The translations under genes and the position numbers were made by a program. Source: Pseudomonadota bacterium (GTDB lineage: Bacteria; Pseudomonadota; Gammaproteobacteria; Thiohalospirales; Thiohalospiraceae). Taken from it: DNA of 64,000 bases. Location of the stretch: NCBI GenBank assembly GCA_051746205.1, contig JBNJEU010000005.1:1344-65343 (forward strand). The letters run 5' to 3'. Each line of letters begins with the position of its first letter. Within the stretch, counting starts at the first letter, position 1. Shown here in pieces: positions 62,371 to 64,000 of the stretch. Under the pieces are notes generated by a model that saw only the letters and a program-made list of their open reading frames with translations, was not told the DNA's origin and did not search any database.

Positions 62371-63342
62371 TCAGTCGGCGAGCTGCTGGAACTCCACCTG
62401 GGAGTAGGTCATCAGCTTCGTGATCTCCAGGGCCGTCTCCAGGGCGCGCAGACCATCCGCGCCATCCACGGTAGGCCGACGTCCCGTGGCGATGGCGGTG
62501 AGGAAGTCGTGGACCTCCTCGCGGATGGCGTCGCCGCCCTCGAAGACCTTCTCGTTGGTTTCGATCTCCGGGATCCCGGCCTCGGTCAGTGTTTCGCGAT
62601 CGCCGACCCGGTGGGCCGCCAGTTTGCGCTGCTGGAAATCCACCGCCATGTAGGTGTTGTGCTCGAATACCCGCATGCGCCGCTGAGCCTCCAGGCTGAC
62701 GCGACTGGCGGTGACGTTGGCGACGCAGCCGTTTTCGAACTTGAGCCGGGCGTTGGCGATGTCGATGGCCTCGGTGATCACCGGGATGCCGTCGGCGCGC
62801 AGTTCGCGGATGGGGGCCCCGACCAGGTCGAGGATCAGGTCGATGTCGTGGATCATCAGGTCGAGGACCACGTTCACGTCGGCGCCGCGCGGGTTGAACG
62901 GTGCCAGTCGGTGGCTCTCGATGAACAGCGGCTGGTGGACCTCCTCGCGCAGGGCCATCATCGCCGGATTGAAGCGCTCCAGGTGGCCGACCTGGAGGAT
63001 GACGCCGTTGGTCTCGGCGCGGGCGACCAGGTCGCGGCCCTCCTCGACGGTGGCGGTGATCGGTTTCTCCAGCAGCACATGGATGCCGGCATCGATCAGG
63101 GTCGCGGCGACCTCGTGGTGGAGCTGGGTCGGCACCACGATGCTGACGGCGTCGACCCGGCCGACCAGTTCACGATAATCGCTCACGGCCTCGACCCCGT
63201 GTTTCTCCGCAATGGCGGCGGCGGTCTCCGGATTGGCGTCGCAGACAGCGACCAGATCGGCTTCGGGCGCGGCGGCGTACTTGTCGGCGTGAAATTTGCC
63301 GAGGTAGCCGACGCCGATGACGGCGGTGCGGATGGCTTCCAT
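62371..63342 (-). CDS. gnnA: Gfo/Idh/MocA oxidoreductase, probable GnnA (UDP-GlcNAc 3-dehydrogenase)
   Basis: IRTAVIGVGYLGKFHA, EKPI, GHLERFNP and DLMIHDID motifs; directly upstream of gnnB-lpxB. Confidence 0.78.
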   Translation of the reverse strand: MEAIRTAVIGVGYLGKFHADKYAAAPEADLVAVCDANPETAAAIAEKHGVEAVSDYRELVGRVDAVSIVVPTQLHHEVAATLIDAGIHVLLEKPITATVEEGRDLVARAETNGVILQVGHLERFNPAMMALREEVHQPLFIESHRLAPFNPRGADVNVVLDLMIHDIDLILDLVGAPIRELRADGIPVITEAIDIANARLKFENGCVANVTASRVSLEAQRRMRVFEHNTYMAVDFQQRKLAAHRVGDRETLTEAGIPEIETNEKVFEGGDAIREEVHDFLTAIATGRRPTVDGADGLRALETALEITKLMTYSQVEFQQLAD

Positions 63343-63374
63343 GTGCTGTGGCCTTGTCGAACGTGTTTGCGTCC

Positions 63375-63403
63375 ATGATCGCACCATGGGGGGACGGGAT
63401 CAA
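63375..63403 (-). promoter_or_regulatory. Putative sigma-70 promoter for gnnA-gnnB-lpxB
   Basis: Minus strand TTGATC-N17-GATCAT with a TGn extension. Confidence 0.45.
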
Positions 63404-63430
63404 TTTTCTCGATCCGGCGCACCCACCGAA

Positions 63431-64000
63431 TCAACCGGACCCGAAGCCCCCACCCCCCGGCGTCCGGATGACAAAGGCATCGCCGACCCCCATCTCCGCC
63501 CGATCGCACCCGGCCAGCGGCTCCACCGTACCGTCGGCCCGCTCCACCCACTGCTCGCCAACCCCGCCATCGCCGCCGCCGTTCAGCCCGCTCGGCGCCA
63601 CTCGCCGACTATTGGCCAGCAGCGCCACGCTCATCGGTTCGAGGAAGGTGAGCCGCCGTTCGATGCCGTCACCACCGCGCCAGCGCCCCCCGCCGCCGGA
63701 GTCGCGCCGGATGGCGAACGAGTCCAGCCGCACCGGGAAGCGCGTCTCGAGGATCTCCGGATCGGTGAGGCGGCTGTTGGTCATGTGGACGTGGACGGCG
63801 TCGGCGCCCGGAAAGCCGTCACCGGCCCCGGCGCCGCCGCACAGGGTCTCGTAGTGCTGGTGGTCGCGATTGCCGAAGGTGACGTTGTTCATGGTTCCGG
63901 GGCCGTTGGCGAGCACGCCGATGGCGGCGAAGAGGGCGTCGGTGACCACCTGGCTGACTTCGACGTTGCCGGCGACCACCGCCGCCGGCGGCCGGGGGTT
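63431..64000 (-). CDS. 5-oxoprolinase / hydantoinase B C-terminal part; 5' end outside the window
   Basis: AVVAGNVEVSQ, GTMNNVTFG, MTNSRLTDPEILE and TPGGGGFG motifs. Confidence 0.9.
   Translation of the reverse strand, partial: NPRPPAAVVAGNVEVSQVVTDALFAAIGVLANGPGTMNNVTFGNRDHQHYETLCGGAGAGDGFPGADAVHVHMTNSRLTDPEILETRFPVRLDSFAIRRDSGGGGRWRGGDGIERRLTFLEPMSVALLANSRRVAPSGLNGGGDGGVGEQWVERADGTVEPLAGCDRAEMGVGDAFVIRTPGGGGFGSG

Overview
GC-rich gammaproteobacterial chromosome segment. The acidic proteins, cbbY and the Mrp antiporter suggest a halophilic, possibly autotrophic Chromatiales-like organism; this is inference. Left to right: an ActP-type symporter, a DUF4212 small subunit and a cNMP-CBS-DUF294 nucleotidyltransferase; ycgR; cbrB-cbrA-cbrX-gluQ-dksA; EAL-HDOD, cbbY, a degenerate HD-GYP, an FGGY kinase and queF; smc-zipA-ligA running into an 8-gene Mrp/Mnh cluster with three antiporter-like subunits; methyltransferase, Tat-patatin and Na/Pi symporter; msrPQ; the AmmeMemoRadiSam trio; dapCDE; two tandem HDOD genes; glnD-map; the rpsB-to-lpxA cluster; an opposite-strand gnnA-gnnB-lpxB block; and a partial 5-oxoprolinase. 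I saw no rRNA, tRNA, CRISPR array or transposase. Three signals stand out. (1) A 181-bp element with perfect 47-bp inverted arms, topped by two CsrA/RsmA-type ANGGAN stem-loops, lies between the divergent AmmeMemoRadiSam genes. (2) TGTTAC-N5-GTAACA palindromes plus a sigma-54 promoter imply that CbrAB directly drives the DUF294/ActP cluster and autoregulates, with no crcZ next to cbrB. (3) The inverted gnnAB-lpxB block and a Met ruler in LpxA predict a diaminoglucose lipid A with short acyl chains. Start codons differing from the ORF track were chosen by eye from family N-termini, ribosome-binding sites and stop/start overlaps.
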